In this document: positions 17,111 to 26,263 of the stretch, in pieces
How positions within the stretch are numbered: position 1 is the stretch's first letter
How the letters are laid out: every line of letters begins with the position of its first letter
Source of the DNA: a virus
Lineage: Duplodnaviria; Caudoviricetes
DNA length: 64,000 nt
IMG/VR virus record: IMGVR_UViG_3300037462_000487
Coordinates: 11,491-75,490 of that record
Reading direction: 5' to 3' (one strand)
Made by a program: the position numbers and the translations under genes
Notes under the pieces: model-generated
The model's input: the letters and a program-made list of their open reading frames with translations, nothing else
Databases searched by the model: none
What the model was told of the DNA's origin: nothing

Positions 17111-20100
17111 ATGGCGGATGTTAGAATTGCCACCGGCTTACCCGACGATCTGGTTAACAGTTTAAATGCGCTGTCAACTACTCTGACGGCAATTGATTCA
17201 CAGCTTACGAAAAACATTGCGCATATGAAGGCAGTCAACGCTGCCTTTACCAACAGCAATTCAGTTAAAAACTTAATTGACAGCCTGAAACAATTTACTA
17301 AAGTTGAAACTGATCCGATTAAAACCGTCAGTGCAGTTTTACTGGAATTATTTGAATCGCTGAAGAAAGTCAATGCTCTTTCCGGGCCAGTCAAAAACAG
17401 CATTAACGCAATGGCTTCCTTTATGCGGGCGCTGGCGCTGGTTGCCAAGCATCTCGAACAGCTAAAAACAACCGATGCAGCCGGATCACTGACAGTTGTG
17501 TCTACCATTGTTACCGGCTTGTCGCAGTTTATTAGAGGTATTGAAGCGCTGGATTTTAGCAAAATAAAACCGCTGCGCTCTACCATTAATGCTGTTTCGG
17601 ATATTGTCAATGCGATTGTTCGGGTAATGGTAACGCAGGTAACTGAATTAAAAACAAACAATCTGCCGCTTTTAATTGAATCTTTTGGTGCACTTATTCA
17701 GGCGTTTTCTAATAAAATAACCATTGATAAACGTGTTTTTAATGCGTTTGCCGGACTTAAAAAATTACAAGACATTGACTTTAGCAAAACAATTGACTCA
17801 ATAAATCGTATGGTAACTCAGTTGTTAACACTGGATCAAAAAATTCCTGCAACGCTAGATACAAAAAACTTAAAAAACAAGTTAAAAAGTATTATTCCGA
17901 CTATTATTTGGGTCTCGCGCAGCTTTTTTAATTTTAGTAAACAGTTGACTGGTTCTCGCTTATCTATAAAAACACAGGAAATTTTAAAGAATTTTTTTGA
18001 AATAACTAAAGCAGTTACAAGGGTGTTTAGCACTATTGCAAATTTACAAAATGTAATGAATAGTCTTAAAAGTGTAACTAAAGTAAATACCTACGGTTTG
18101 TCTGATTTTATCAAATCGCTGGCAGACAATAAAGATACCAGTTTACTCGGTATTTTTAAAAATGCTGGAAAAAGTTTTGCTTCTTTTTCACTTTCCAGTT
18201 TAAACAAAATTTTTACGTCAAAATTTGTTGAGCTTGTGCCTATTTTTGAGGCTTTAAAATATATTTTTAACGAAATAGGTAAATTGATGGGGGGTGTAAC
18301 TAACTTTAAAGGCATAGAAAAGTTACATGAAATTGCAACAGCAGTTGCCTCTCTGGTAAAAACAGTACCTTTATATTTACAATTATCACGATCTAAAGAA
18401 ATTACCCCCGGTATCCTGGCTCAATTGTCACGTCGATTTAGGATTTTGCCGCGACTTTTTGGCGTTATTCGGCAAATTGTGTTTTCATTTGCCCGTATGA
18501 CAGGTCGAGCTATCGACATACGTGGTATGGAAAATTTACCTAAAATTGCCGAAGCTATTCAAGCGCTGGTAAAAGCGGTTCCCGTGTTGTTAAAAACCAT
18601 AAAATCAGATATAGGCCCTGGCCCAATTAACTTTGCAGTTAGATCAATGCTTTTAATTCCCCGACTTATGGGTGTTATCCGCCAGGTTGTGCGGGGTATT
18701 GCTCGCATTGTTGGTAAAAGCCTTGACATTGAAGGCATTAAAAGCTTACCCGCTATTGCGCAGGCTGTAGCCAGGGTGGTAAGAACAGTACCGCTGGTGA
18801 TTTCGGCTGCTCGACAGCTAAACCCAGGCCCTATTGGATACGCCAAAAGAACGTTGTTGCAAATACCACGTTTTTTTGGAGTTTTTTCTCAGATAACTAA
18901 ATCTTTAAACAAAGTAACCGGGCGAGTGACTGATCTAGAAAAAACCAAAGCTGTTGTTAATTTGGTAAAAGATATTGTTGCTTTAACTCGTCTGGCTTCG
19001 GTAGAAAACGCGACTATCGGGGATTTTCGTAATTTTCAGAGAGCCACTAAAGAGATAGTTAATTCCCTTGATGCTATTAATCGGGTACGCATAGACCAAA
19101 GTACTGCCTTAACGGTTAAACATATAGAAATTTTACAACAAAAACTTAAACAAACTGAACACAGTCAAATTAGCCTGGCCGAAACTTCTGAAGTATCAAT
19201 GACACGACTCAACAGAGCATTTGTAGTGCTGGCAGACAATTCTCCCCTTTTAGCGGTGCTGGCAACGTATAGTTTAAAACTAGTTGGCTTAAAAAAGCAA
19301 GTTTTAGAAACAATGCGAGTTGTTGGCAACTCGCTGCGTCAGATGGGTGAAGATATTGTTACAGCCTCTCAAACCATTTTTAATAACTTTTCTATTAACA
19401 AAATTATCAATTCTAGCGGAGCAGCCGAAGCCTTAGAATTTGACGATATTCGGCAACAAATTAAAGTATTTGCATCCGAACTGACAACTCAACTTCCAGC
19501 GGTAGAAGAATTTGCTAATTTTATTGGGCAAAAATACCCTCTGTCTTCTAACGAAGCGTTGCAGGCTACACTTGAACTGGCAAAAGCCGGACAAAGCTTT
19601 GCGGCTATTAAGAATATTTTACCCAATGCGGCAGACTTAGCTGGATTGAGCGAAACCAAAGATTTAAAAACCAGCACCAACTTCTTAATTGCCGCCGCCG
19701 GGCAATACAAACAGTTTAGTGAAACAGTTGCCGGTGGCTTTCAAAATTCAGCGTTTGCGGCTGATGCTGTGTTTAATGCAGCTAACATGTCTACCGCGGG
19801 GATTAACTCCCTGATGGAAGGTTTGACGCGAGTTGGGCCGGCAGCTAACAACTTCGGAGCGTCTTTGGATGAAGTTGTTATTACCCTGAGTCGTTTAGAA
19901 GATGCGGGTATTCGCGGCAGCGATGCCGGTACCGCTTTACGCGCGGTATTCACCGGAATTAGCAATGCAAAAGGGCAGAAAGAGCTTAAAAGACTAGGCG
20001 TAGCTTTCCAAAACGTCGATGGCTCTATTCGTAACTTAGGCGATATTATTGCCGACGTTCAACGGCGATACAAAGAATTAGGCTATTCACAGGCAGATAT

Positions 20101-23100
20101 TTTAAAGTCTACTTCGCAATTTGGTGACGAACTTGCTCGTACCGGGTTCAATATTTTACGCAACTCTAAAGATATAACGCAGGGAGTAACTGAATTAAAC
20201 GCAGCTATTGCTGGTGGCAGCACCGCAAGCATTGCTATGACTAACGTAATGAGTTCGCTTAAAGGCATTATTGAACAAATTCGTGGTTCTGTTTCTACCC
20301 TGTTAACTAAAGTATTTTTGCCAATTTTTGACCGGTTTGTTAAACCCCTTGCTACGGCAGTTCTGGCGCTTGTTAACAGCTTACTGGAACTTCCCGACAG
20401 CGTACTGGAAACGGTTGGGTTCTTTATTGCCTTTGCTGCGGCAGCGGCAACGTTGCTGGCAACTTTGATGCTAGTCGTCGGTGCAATTACTACGCTTTCA
20501 GGCTTTGTATTAAGTGCAGCCGGAACAATTGGTTTGTTAATGAGTAATCTTTACTTAATGGCGGGATCATTGTTTGGTTTATTTTCCTCAGTTATCATCT
20601 TGATACCTGTTCTTACTACCTTAATCACTGTGTTTACGGGATTAAGCTATTCTGTAACTCGTGTTTTTCGCTTAATCGAAGACGCAACAACGCATTCAAA
20701 TAAATCTTTTATTGCGTTTCAAACAGCAGTTAGTACGACATTCAGTGAATTACAAAGAATCTTTAAACTGGTACAGGCTGTGTTTATTGCTTTTGTGCGT
20801 TCTATGACTGAATTTAATTCAACAACGCAGGATTTACAGTTAGCCGGAGTTTTTGATCGAGTTACCAACTCAATTACTAACTTAAACAATAATCTTAAAA
20901 AAATTGACTTAAATACTGTTGTTAATGCTGTAAAACAATTATCAATTTATCTTAAACCCCTGTTCTCCGGGGCAGCTAACGCTGGCGCAGGGCTTTTTTC
21001 CATTATTCTGGGTGACTTTGAGGGGGGTGTACAAACATTAGAAAAAGGGCTTTCTTCAATTGGCTTAGCGTTCTCGCGTTTTTTGTCAGACTTTGCCGGA
21101 TTTGACTTAACTAAAGCGTTAATTTACTTTGAAAGTAACGATCTGAACAAGGGTGTACAATTCTTTGTAGAAGAATTTTTAGGGTCTATTCGTAATGCTA
21201 TTGACAATAATGCTGAAGCACTAACAGCAGTTGGTGCCAAAATTCTTAATTTTTTTAATCCGCTGAAAAGTTTTTCCCAGTTAACCGGGCTTCTGGGGTT
21301 TAACAATTTAAGTTTGCAGTTAAATGAACTGGCAGTTAATGTTGAAAACGGATTCCGCGTTATTATCTCTGTAATTATTGAATTTATCCGTGGCACTAAA
21401 GATGCCAGCGAAATTTTAGGCACCTTTTTTGGCAGCATTGGTACCGCTGTTGGTAATCTATTAGAAGCACTGTATGGCATTGCTGTCTCGATTGGCGATG
21501 TTTTTACTTCTATTTTTAGCGTATTCAACCGCGGCATTGCTACCACACCAGAGCAACAGGCAAGTGTAGAAGAAACAGTTAACTGGTATGACGGCATTGT
21601 AAAAATTATTGATAATGTGACTGGTGTTTTAAACACACTTAATACTGACGTTATTCAGGTTTTTGCTCGCAATGTGCCTTTGATTTTAAATAAAGTAGCT
21701 ACCTTTATTCAGGGAATATTAGACTACTTTTCTACGGCTATTAACAGTATCCCGGTAATACTGGGTGTTGTTGTTAATTTTTTAAAACAACTTGTTGGGG
21801 TGTTTAGCGGAGAAATTAATATATCGCAGGCTATTAATGACTTTTTGACTAATTTACAAATTTCTTTGTCTTCGATTAGCTTAATTTTAGGTGCGTTTTT
21901 CGAGCGACTTGGGGTAGATATACAAAGCAACACTATTTATATGCTGTCAAAAGCTTTTAATGAACAAGACTTTGGGCAAATAATTCTTAAAGTTCTGCTA
22001 TTTGTCCCAGAACTCTTGTACGAAGGATTTAGCAAAGTCTTTGACGAACTGCTTAAATTGTTCCCCAACCGCATTGCCGGAGCAATTGCTATTGCGAGTA
22101 TTGCAGTGTTAGCAGGAGCGGTTAGCATCCTTGCCTTCAACACTCTGCCGTTAATCGTTACCAGCGCAGTCGGTATTTTACAATCACTGCTGCTTCCTCC
22201 CATCACTGCACTCGGTAGACTATTGGGTTTTACTCTGGCGGGGAGTATTCCAACTGGCTTTTTGGTAGCGGCGGCGGCTGTTGTCGGTGTGTTGGGGGTA
22301 GCAATTGCTGCACTTGTCAATTCTGCAATCAGCGGCCCCACCAAAAACATCATCGAAAGGGCCGGAAAAACAGCGGGAACTACTTTTACCAATGCCGCGG
22401 AAGCTGAAGCTAAAAAATTTAAAACCAAATTTACGGGTATTGTTGAAGATGCTATGACTTCAAGCGAAGTTCTTGCTCAACAACGCAATCCGGTAAACAT
22501 CTTAAACGCACTGCTCCCCGCGGATAACATGATAACGCAATTTACCAGCCGCTTAAGCGATGTTATTGCCGTTGTTAAAGGTGTGTTAGAGCAGGTTCTG
22601 AATCAAATTTTTGGAGAAGGTACATTTTTTATTAAACCCTTTATTGCTGTTCTCGAACTCCCTTTTAACGCAATTGCAGCCGCTATATCCTTAATTATTC
22701 CTTTAATAAAAAATCTGATATTGTTTATCGTGCAGGCGTTACAGGTTGTTACCGCAATTGTTAATCAACTCATTAAAATCGGGTTAGGTGTTATTTCGGG
22801 TGTTTTTAAAACAATTGAAATAGCAATCAAGACTGTTACCGGATTGCTCATTAGTTTACCGCAGCCTGTAAAAGATGCAGCGTTAGCTTTTACGCTGCTG
22901 GCTGCTGCCATTAAGCTGGTAGGCAAATCAGTCAATACGGCTGGCGGCATGTTTAAAGCAAGCGCAATCTTAATAATTTTCCAGGCGTTTGTGTCGCTGC
23001 TGCGTGGCTTAGATGATATGTTTAAAAATGGGTTAATTAGTGGTATCCTCACTTTCTTTGAAGATTTTACCGGCGCATTACTCAATTTCTTCTCCCCGAT

Positions 23101-25774
23101 TGTGGGTACCGACATCGGTAAACAAATCAAAGAAACATTCTTCCAGCTTAAATTCTTAGCGTCGGTTTACCGGGATGAAATTGACCAGTTCTTCACGCAA
23201 ATGTTCTATAGACTGCTGTCGATCTTAAATGACATCCGCGCTCGTGCTGAAATTGCAATTAGCGATTTAAAGAGTGCGCTTGGCGATACCGATCCGTCTG
23301 CGCAAAGCCTGGGCAGTTTACAATATTTTGGCTTTCAGGATGCGTTTGCTCAGGTTTCTAAAGACTATTATGAAAACGGCATTGTTGCCGGTAAATCTTT
23401 CTGGGAAGGGCTAAATTCAGTTTACAATAATGCCGAAGACCCTCTGGGGTTGGATATTGTCTTAAAATCCAATCAGGATTTGCTGGAAGCTATGCTCAAT
23501 GATATGTGGGGTGGCAGTCTGACTCCGGCAGCCGAAGCGTTTAAAAACGATGCGTTGTTTGTTGAGTCAGTTATTCAAACTTTGAGTCGCGCCGGGCAGA
23601 TTGACGAATTTTTCAAACTCGACACGGGTGGCGATATTGAAGCTATCAGTACTCTGCTTAACAGCCCGGAGCTTATTCAGGCACTGGCAACTAATAAAGA
23701 ATACATCAACGACTGGCTGCTCGATATTCAAGCTTTAAAAACAACTTATGCCGAAGGTATTCCACCTGAACTTACCGATGATGTCAAACAACTGGCAACG
23801 CAGCTTGACGTACTGCGCTTAGAGGGAGTAATTGAAGAAACTGACAGCCTGACTCAGGCGTTTGATGCGCTAGGTTACGCTATTGTTGAAAATAATCTGG
23901 TGCTGAAAGAAAATGCTGCCGAAGTAATTAATGCCAGCTATTCACTGGAAGAAATCAATGAAGAAGTTCGGGAAACCGCGTTTGAGGAATTTCATCAGAC
24001 ACTCGAAGAGGGCACCGAAACCATAGATGAATACGCGCAGGCAGTCAATAAACTAATTCAAACGCTGCAAGAAGCTAACAATACTGCCCGCATTGCCCGT
24101 ATTGCTCAATTACAGGAGCAGCTAGAAACCGGGCAGATTACCGATGCGGTTTTCCGGTTGGAAACAACTGAAGTCATCGAAGACAGCTTTGACTTACTGA
24201 GTAAAGACTTAAACATTGCCCGTGAGCAGCTTTTGAGTGACTTAACTCGCGGCGTAATTGACCCCGAACAGTTCAATCAGCAAATTGAACTGCTGGATAA
24301 AGCGTTAGCTGATGCCAGCGTCACCCGCGATCTGGAACTGACTCGCGTTAACCTGCAAATGAAGCTCAATAACGAAGAAATTACTATTGACGAATTTGCT
24401 ACATTACTTGGCGAAGCCGAAAAACTGCTAAAAGAGCATCAAGAAGATGTCGCTGACAATGCAGAAAATACTATCGACATCAACTATCTGACTGGCGACA
24501 GCGATCAGCCTTTGCTGGAAGACCCGACTGGCGAAGAAGATACCGACGTAGAAGACTTGACTGCGGCGGCAGCTAAGGCAGCCGAAGATAAAGCGGCTGC
24601 GCTGGAAGATTTGCAGCAAGCGCAAGACGATCTGGCGGAAAAAGAACGTGATCTACTCGATCAGATCACCGACCTGGCGACAGACTATCGGCAAAAAGAA
24701 CTGGAAGCGCAGCAAAATTTTGAACAGGAAACAGCGCGTAATACTGAAGATTTTTACCGTGAGTCACAGCGTAATGCCGCCGATCACCAACGTCAGTTGC
24801 TGGAAATTGAAAAAAGCAGTTCCGAAGCTATTCAGGATGCGATTGCCAATCGAGATTCAGTTGCCGCCCAGAATGCCGTCCGCAGCCGGGAAACCAGTCT
24901 GCGCGAGCAAGAAGACCAGTACACGCTCGAACAACAACGTCGGGCAGAAGACTTTGCCCTGTCTGAACAGCGTCGTCAGGAAGAATACCAGCGCAATCGC
25001 ACCGCTGCTTATAACGAAGCGGTTGCCCGTCGCGCCGAACTAATGGAACAACTGACGCTGGCGCGGACTGAAGGGCAGGAAAAAATTCGGTTGGCGCAGG
25101 CAGCAGTTAACCAGATGATTCAGGCAGAACGTACCGCCGCTGCCGAAAGACTGCGGGCAATGGGTGTCTTCGGGCAGAATGGTTCGCAGATTGTCAACAG
25201 CTTTGTCAGCACCGCACTAAATGCCTTAAATGCTCTGGTGCCGGGTTCGGCTTCGGCGTTAAACTCGCTGGCAAATGTGGTTTCAGGAGCAGTTAATTCG
25301 CTGCTTGGTCGCACGCCGGCAATTGGCCCGGCTCCGGCTCCCGTGTCTTTGCCGGGAGTACCGGCTGCGCCGGTTAACCCCTTTGTTAATGCCGGTTTAG
25401 CCAGCCCGGCGCTTACCCGCCCCTCATCCAGCAGCTTCCTGGGCAGCGCGTTAGGCAGCATCACCCGCATTCTTGGCGGACGCGAATCGGGGGGTATGGT
25501 GAGTTCAGCCGGAGCGTATGAAGTCATGGAACGGCAAAAGCCGGAACTGCTGTCAATCAAAGGCAAGCATTATCTCATGTCTCCTGGTTATGGCAAAGTC
25601 ACTCCGCCGCGGGTAGCTGCGGCAGGTATGGGAGGCAGCAATCTGGTAGTCAACGTTGACCTGTCCGGGATGCAGTTTAACAATGCCAGCACGGAACCTA
25701 AAGAACTGGCAGCAATGGTAGAACGTCAGGTTGTTAGCGGCTTAACTTCAGCGCTGAAACGGTTACGGGGGTAA
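17111..25774 (+). CDS. Tape measure protein, 2887 aa
   Basis: TP901-type core (ELAKAGQS..AADLAG..LEDAGIRGSDAGTALR), hydrophobic segments, coiled coil, C-terminal GGRESGGMV..YEVME..PEL motif. Confidence 0.95.
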   Translation: MADVRIATGLPDDLVNSLNALSTTLTAIDSQLTKNIAHMKAVNAAFTNSNSVKNLIDSLKQFTKVETDPIKTVSAVLLELFESLKKVNALSGPVKNSINAMASFMRALALVAKHLEQLKTTDAAGSLTVVSTIVTGLSQFIRGIEALDFSKIKPLRSTINAVSDIVNAIVRVMVTQVTELKTNNLPLLIESFGALIQAFSNKITIDKRVFNAFAGLKKLQDIDFSKTIDSINRMVTQLLTLDQKIPATLDTKNLKNKLKSIIPTIIWVSRSFFNFSKQLTGSRLSIKTQEILKNFFEITKAVTRVFSTIANLQNVMNSLKSVTKVNTYGLSDFIKSLADNKDTSLLGIFKNAGKSFASFSLSSLNKIFTSKFVELVPIFEALKYIFNEIGKLMGGVTNFKGIEKLHEIATAVASLVKTVPLYLQLSRSKEITPGILAQLSRRFRILPRLFGVIRQIVFSFARMTGRAIDIRGMENLPKIAEAIQALVKAVPVLLKTIKSDIGPGPINFAVRSMLLIPRLMGVIRQVVRGIARIVGKSLDIEGIKSLPAIAQAVARVVRTVPLVISAARQLNPGPIGYAKRTLLQIPRFFGVFSQITKSLNKVTGRVTDLEKTKAVVNLVKDIVALTRLASVENATIGDFRNFQRATKEIVNSLDAINRVRIDQSTALTVKHIEILQQKLKQTEHSQISLAETSEVSMTRLNRAFVVLADNSPLLAVLATYSLKLVGLKKQVLETMRVVGNSLRQMGEDIVTASQTIFNNFSINKIINSSGAAEALEFDDIRQQIKVFASELTTQLPAVEEFANFIGQKYPLSSNEALQATLELAKAGQSFAAIKNILPNAADLAGLSETKDLKTSTNFLIAAAGQYKQFSETVAGGFQNSAFAADAVFNAANMSTAGINSLMEGLTRVGPAANNFGASLDEVVITLSRLEDAGIRGSDAGTALRAVFTGISNAKGQKELKRLGVAFQNVDGSIRNLGDIIADVQRRYKELGYSQADILKSTSQFGDELARTGFNILRNSKDITQGVTELNAAIAGGSTASIAMTNVMSSLKGIIEQIRGSVSTLLTKVFLPIFDRFVKPLATAVLALVNSLLELPDSVLETVGFFIAFAAAAATLLATLMLVVGAITTLSGFVLSAAGTIGLLMSNLYLMAGSLFGLFSSVIILIPVLTTLITVFTGLSYSVTRVFRLIEDATTHSNKSFIAFQTAVSTTFSELQRIFKLVQAVFIAFVRSMTEFNSTTQDLQLAGVFDRVTNSITNLNNNLKKIDLNTVVNAVKQLSIYLKPLFSGAANAGAGLFSIILGDFEGGVQTLEKGLSSIGLAFSRFLSDFAGFDLTKALIYFESNDLNKGVQFFVEEFLGSIRNAIDNNAEALTAVGAKILNFFNPLKSFSQLTGLLGFNNLSLQLNELAVNVENGFRVIISVIIEFIRGTKDASEILGTFFGSIGTAVGNLLEALYGIAVSIGDVFTSIFSVFNRGIATTPEQQASVEETVNWYDGIVKIIDNVTGVLNTLNTDVIQVFARNVPLILNKVATFIQGILDYFSTAINSIPVILGVVVNFLKQLVGVFSGEINISQAINDFLTNLQISLSSISLILGAFFERLGVDIQSNTIYMLSKAFNEQDFGQIILKVLLFVPELLYEGFSKVFDELLKLFPNRIAGAIAIASIAVLAGAVSILAFNTLPLIVTSAVGILQSLLLPPITALGRLLGFTLAGSIPTGFLVAAAAVVGVLGVAIAALVNSAISGPTKNIIERAGKTAGTTFTNAAEAEAKKFKTKFTGIVEDAMTSSEVLAQQRNPVNILNALLPADNMITQFTSRLSDVIAVVKGVLEQVLNQIFGEGTFFIKPFIAVLELPFNAIAAAISLIIPLIKNLILFIVQALQVVTAIVNQLIKIGLGVISGVFKTIEIAIKTVTGLLISLPQPVKDAALAFTLLAAAIKLVGKSVNTAGGMFKASAILIIFQAFVSLLRGLDDMFKNGLISGILTFFEDFTGALLNFFSPIVGTDIGKQIKETFFQLKFLASVYRDEIDQFFTQMFYRLLSILNDIRARAEIAISDLKSALGDTDPSAQSLGSLQYFGFQDAFAQVSKDYYENGIVAGKSFWEGLNSVYNNAEDPLGLDIVLKSNQDLLEAMLNDMWGGSLTPAAEAFKNDALFVESVIQTLSRAGQIDEFFKLDTGGDIEAISTLLNSPELIQALATNKEYINDWLLDIQALKTTYAEGIPPELTDDVKQLATQLDVLRLEGVIEETDSLTQAFDALGYAIVENNLVLKENAAEVINASYSLEEINEEVRETAFEEFHQTLEEGTETIDEYAQAVNKLIQTLQEANNTARIARIAQLQEQLETGQITDAVFRLETTEVIEDSFDLLSKDLNIAREQLLSDLTRGVIDPEQFNQQIELLDKALADASVTRDLELTRVNLQMKLNNEEITIDEFATLLGEAEKLLKEHQEDVADNAENTIDINYLTGDSDQPLLEDPTGEEDTDVEDLTAAAAKAAEDKAAALEDLQQAQDDLAEKERDLLDQITDLATDYRQKELEAQQNFEQETARNTEDFYRESQRNAADHQRQLLEIEKSSSEAIQDAIANRDSVAAQNAVRSRETSLREQEDQYTLEQQRRAEDFALSEQRRQEEYQRNRTAAYNEAVARRAELMEQLTLARTEGQEKIRLAQAAVNQMIQAERTAAAERLRAMGVFGQNGSQIVNSFVSTALNALNALVPGSASALNSLANVVSGAVNSLLGRTPAIGPAPAPVSLPGVPAAPVNPFVNAGLASPALTRPSSSSFLGSALGSITRILGGRESGGMVSSAGAYEVMERQKPELLSIKGKHYLMSPGYGKVTPPRVAAAGMGGSNLVVNVDLSGMQFNNASTEPKELAAMVERQVVSGLTSALKRLRG
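18317..18960 (+). repeat. Three ~70-aa tandem repeats plus a partial fourth inside the TMP
   Basis: EKLHEIATAVASLVKTVP / ENLPKIAEAIQALVKAVP / KSLPAIAQAVARVVRTVP, each followed by PG..LPRLFGVIRQ-like; starts 18317, 18530, 18740. Confidence 0.85.
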
Positions 25775-25779
25775 CAACT

Positions 25780-26208
25780 ATGGCAGTAATCAAAGATTAT
25801 TTTCCAATGCTGGCTGCCGGTGAAAACAATGCTTTGCAGCTAAAACCGCTGCATCACTGGCAGCCACCAGCATTTGAATTGTATGAAAATTACATTGATG
25901 CTGTCTGGTATACCAGCGAAACGCAGGAAGAAAGTGGTAAAAAACGCACCGTGCCGGTGGGTTTGCCGTATGTCATCTGGCGCTTTCCGGCGCTGACGCA
26001 AAAGGAATTTCAATTGCTAAAGACTACTCTGGGAATGACTTCGCAGCGAGACGCACTCTGTACGCTGCGAGCGTTTGATCCGTACTCAGCTATCTGGGGC
26101 AACTACAACGCAGTGTTTAAAATGCCTGACGACATCGGGCAAAAGTATAATGGCTATGAATGGCGCGAACTGGAATTTCGGTTTCTTGACTTACGGATCA
26201 TTCCTTGA
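25780..26208 (+). CDS. Putative distal tail protein
   Basis: Directly after the TMP, 142 aa, aromatic and beta-rich. Confidence 0.55.
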   Translation: MAVIKDYFPMLAAGENNALQLKPLHHWQPPAFELYENYIDAVWYTSETQEESGKKRTVPVGLPYVIWRFPALTQKEFQLLKTTLGMTSQRDALCTLRAFDPYSAIWGNYNAVFKMPDDIGQKYNGYEWRELEFRFLDLRIIP

Positions 26209-26233
26209 CAAAAATACCTGGCTGTGCTATAAT
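26205..26233 (+). promoter_or_regulatory. sigma70 consensus promoter for tail tip genes
   Basis: TTGACA-17-TATAAT with extended -10 TG. Confidence 0.85.
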
Positions 26234-26263
26234 TTTTAGCTGCTCGCCACTTTGAGGTAATAT

